The notes under the pieces were generated by a model. That model was not told where the DNA came from, searched no databases, and was given only the letters and a program-made list of their open reading frames with translations. A stretch of DNA of 64,000 nucleotides, taken from assembly GCF_035594765.1 (NCBI RefSeq), contig NC_085843.1, positions 21,219,955-21,283,954 of the forward strand, in the 5' to 3' direction. The position numbers were made by a program, and so were the translations under genes. Below are positions 62,584-64,000 of the stretch, in pieces (the stretch's first letter is position 1; each line of letters starts with the position of its first letter). This DNA is from Anolis carolinensis (Eukaryota).

Positions 62584-63988
62584 TGTCAAAGGTCAGATGC
62601 CAACTGAGAGCAAAATATAGTTTATTTAAGTAATAACTCAAAAACAGCTCAGTAAATTGTCAGAGGCTTAAAACACTGAATCTTCAGTGTTATTAAGCAG
62701 TTAAAACAGAAAAAACGCCAAAAACATGAACTGGCATATAATCCGGATTAACCAGAGATATAATCCGGATTGAACATAAAATACTTGAACTCAGCCCAAA
62801 GGCATAAAACGGGCTTTAAATGGCAAAACAAACAAAGGTAAATCGCTACAAAGCCTCAAAAACTTCCCAAAAACCCAGGAGTACAGCAGCAATTCCAAAC
62901 AGAAGCAAAAACCCAAACTGGGCTAAAAGCTCTTCGCCGTAAACGGCACAAACAAACGAAGCTGGAAAATGCTGAAGAATTAGTGGCAAGCCACTGCAGA
63001 GTCGCAAACCAAGCTAGGAGCCAAAGGAGCGTAGCGCTGAAGCGGAGTCAAGCTGGTCCGAAGTCGGGATAAGAAAACAGCGTCAGGGTCGGGAACAAAG
63101 CCAGCAGTCAGCAACAGAAGACAGCCACGGAGATGAGAATGATGCCAAGCCGAGTTTGGGAGTGAAGAGATAAGCCAAGTCAAGAATCAGTCCAAGGTCC
63201 AAAGGGTGAAGTCGTCACAAGAAGGTCCACGTCATGGGATGGCACAAAAAGCCAAGACAACGAAGGCGAACAGCAGCTAATGCAAAATAGTAATAACAGT
63301 ACAGTCCAGGAAAACCCACACAATTCCAGCCCTCCGTTGAAGAATAACCCGGATCAAACTTACATCTGTTGCAAAGTCCCAAGCCAGTCTTCAGAATCAC
63401 GTACAGGAAACCCAATGGCGCCCAGCAACACCTTGTCACACGCAAAGAATAGTGGCCAAAAATCCCCAATTTATTTAGGTTTCCTTGGGCGTCCAAACTT
63501 CCTACGCCCTAGGGTCAGGTGTCCCAAGTTCCTCATCAGAATCTGAGCTCCAAACAGCCAACACCCTAGGATCAGGCGTCCCAAACTCCTAATCAGAATC
63601 AACATCATCTTGCCCACACCCAACTCTGTCCACACCTGTGGAACTACCCTCATTTCTCCAGGCAGACAATGTGGGATCTGCTTCTGAAGATACCCAAGCC
63701 TCTCCAGCATCCACAGCATCCATGAACCCAGATTCCTCCCCAAGATCCTCTGGAGCCCATGCCCAATCTATGCCAACTTCCTCTGTCACCACCGGTCCCT
63801 CAGCATCCATTTCCACCTCAAGATCCCCTCCCAAGTCCCCACAAGAATCCTCCTCGGAAGACTCCCCATCAATCTCCCTGATTCTCTTCCTGTGTAAATC
63901 TTCCAGCGAGCCCTCCTCGCGAGGGTTCTTCCTTCCTCTTCTGATCCCTCCATTATCACTCACAGCCTCAGAAGACTCATTCACAACA
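62584..63988 (-). mobile_element. Solo LTR, 1405 bp
   Basis: Minus-strand TGTTGTGA...TGACA termini, AATAAA about 40 bp from the 3' end, perfect 5-bp TSD GCATC (62579-62583 and 63989-63993). Confidence 0.9.
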
Positions 63989-64000
63989 GCATCTCTTCTT

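Overview
Non-coding vertebrate DNA, about 38-40% GC by eye. The repeat complement (Sauria SINE, Vingi-tailed Anolis-type SINE, BovB, CR1, L2, L1, Penelope, hAT, Tc1/pogo and Harbinger MITEs) points to a squamate, most likely Anolis; this is inference from remembered consensus sequences. I recognise no host protein-coding exon, so the window reads as a gene desert or large intron with several CNE-like AT/TAAT-rich stretches. Every convincing ORF is transposon-derived: L1 ORF2 C-terminus (1-414), BovB RT 3' end (10.7-11.4 kb), L2 RT 3' end (29.5-30.4 kb), a 3'-truncated Copia with LTR, half-tRNAiMet PBS, gag, PR and a divergent IN (30.7-33.6 kb), and a Neptune-type Penelope RT+GIY-YIG with one frameshift, a hammerhead-like motif and an intron-like segment (39.0-41.4 kb). 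The most interesting observations are: (i) a 1.9-kb non-autonomous hAT element with a perfect 8-bp TSD that carries pieces of other TEs plus a CpG-island promoter/first-exon-like cassette; (ii) a 1.4-kb solo LTR with a 5-bp TSD whose U3 holds an acidic ORF that is open from the LTR edge and has codon-respecting 57-bp repeats; (iii) the Penelope hammerhead; (iv) two long hairpins; (v) a tRNAiMet-like sense segment in the Copia leader. There is one assembly gap (52873-53015).
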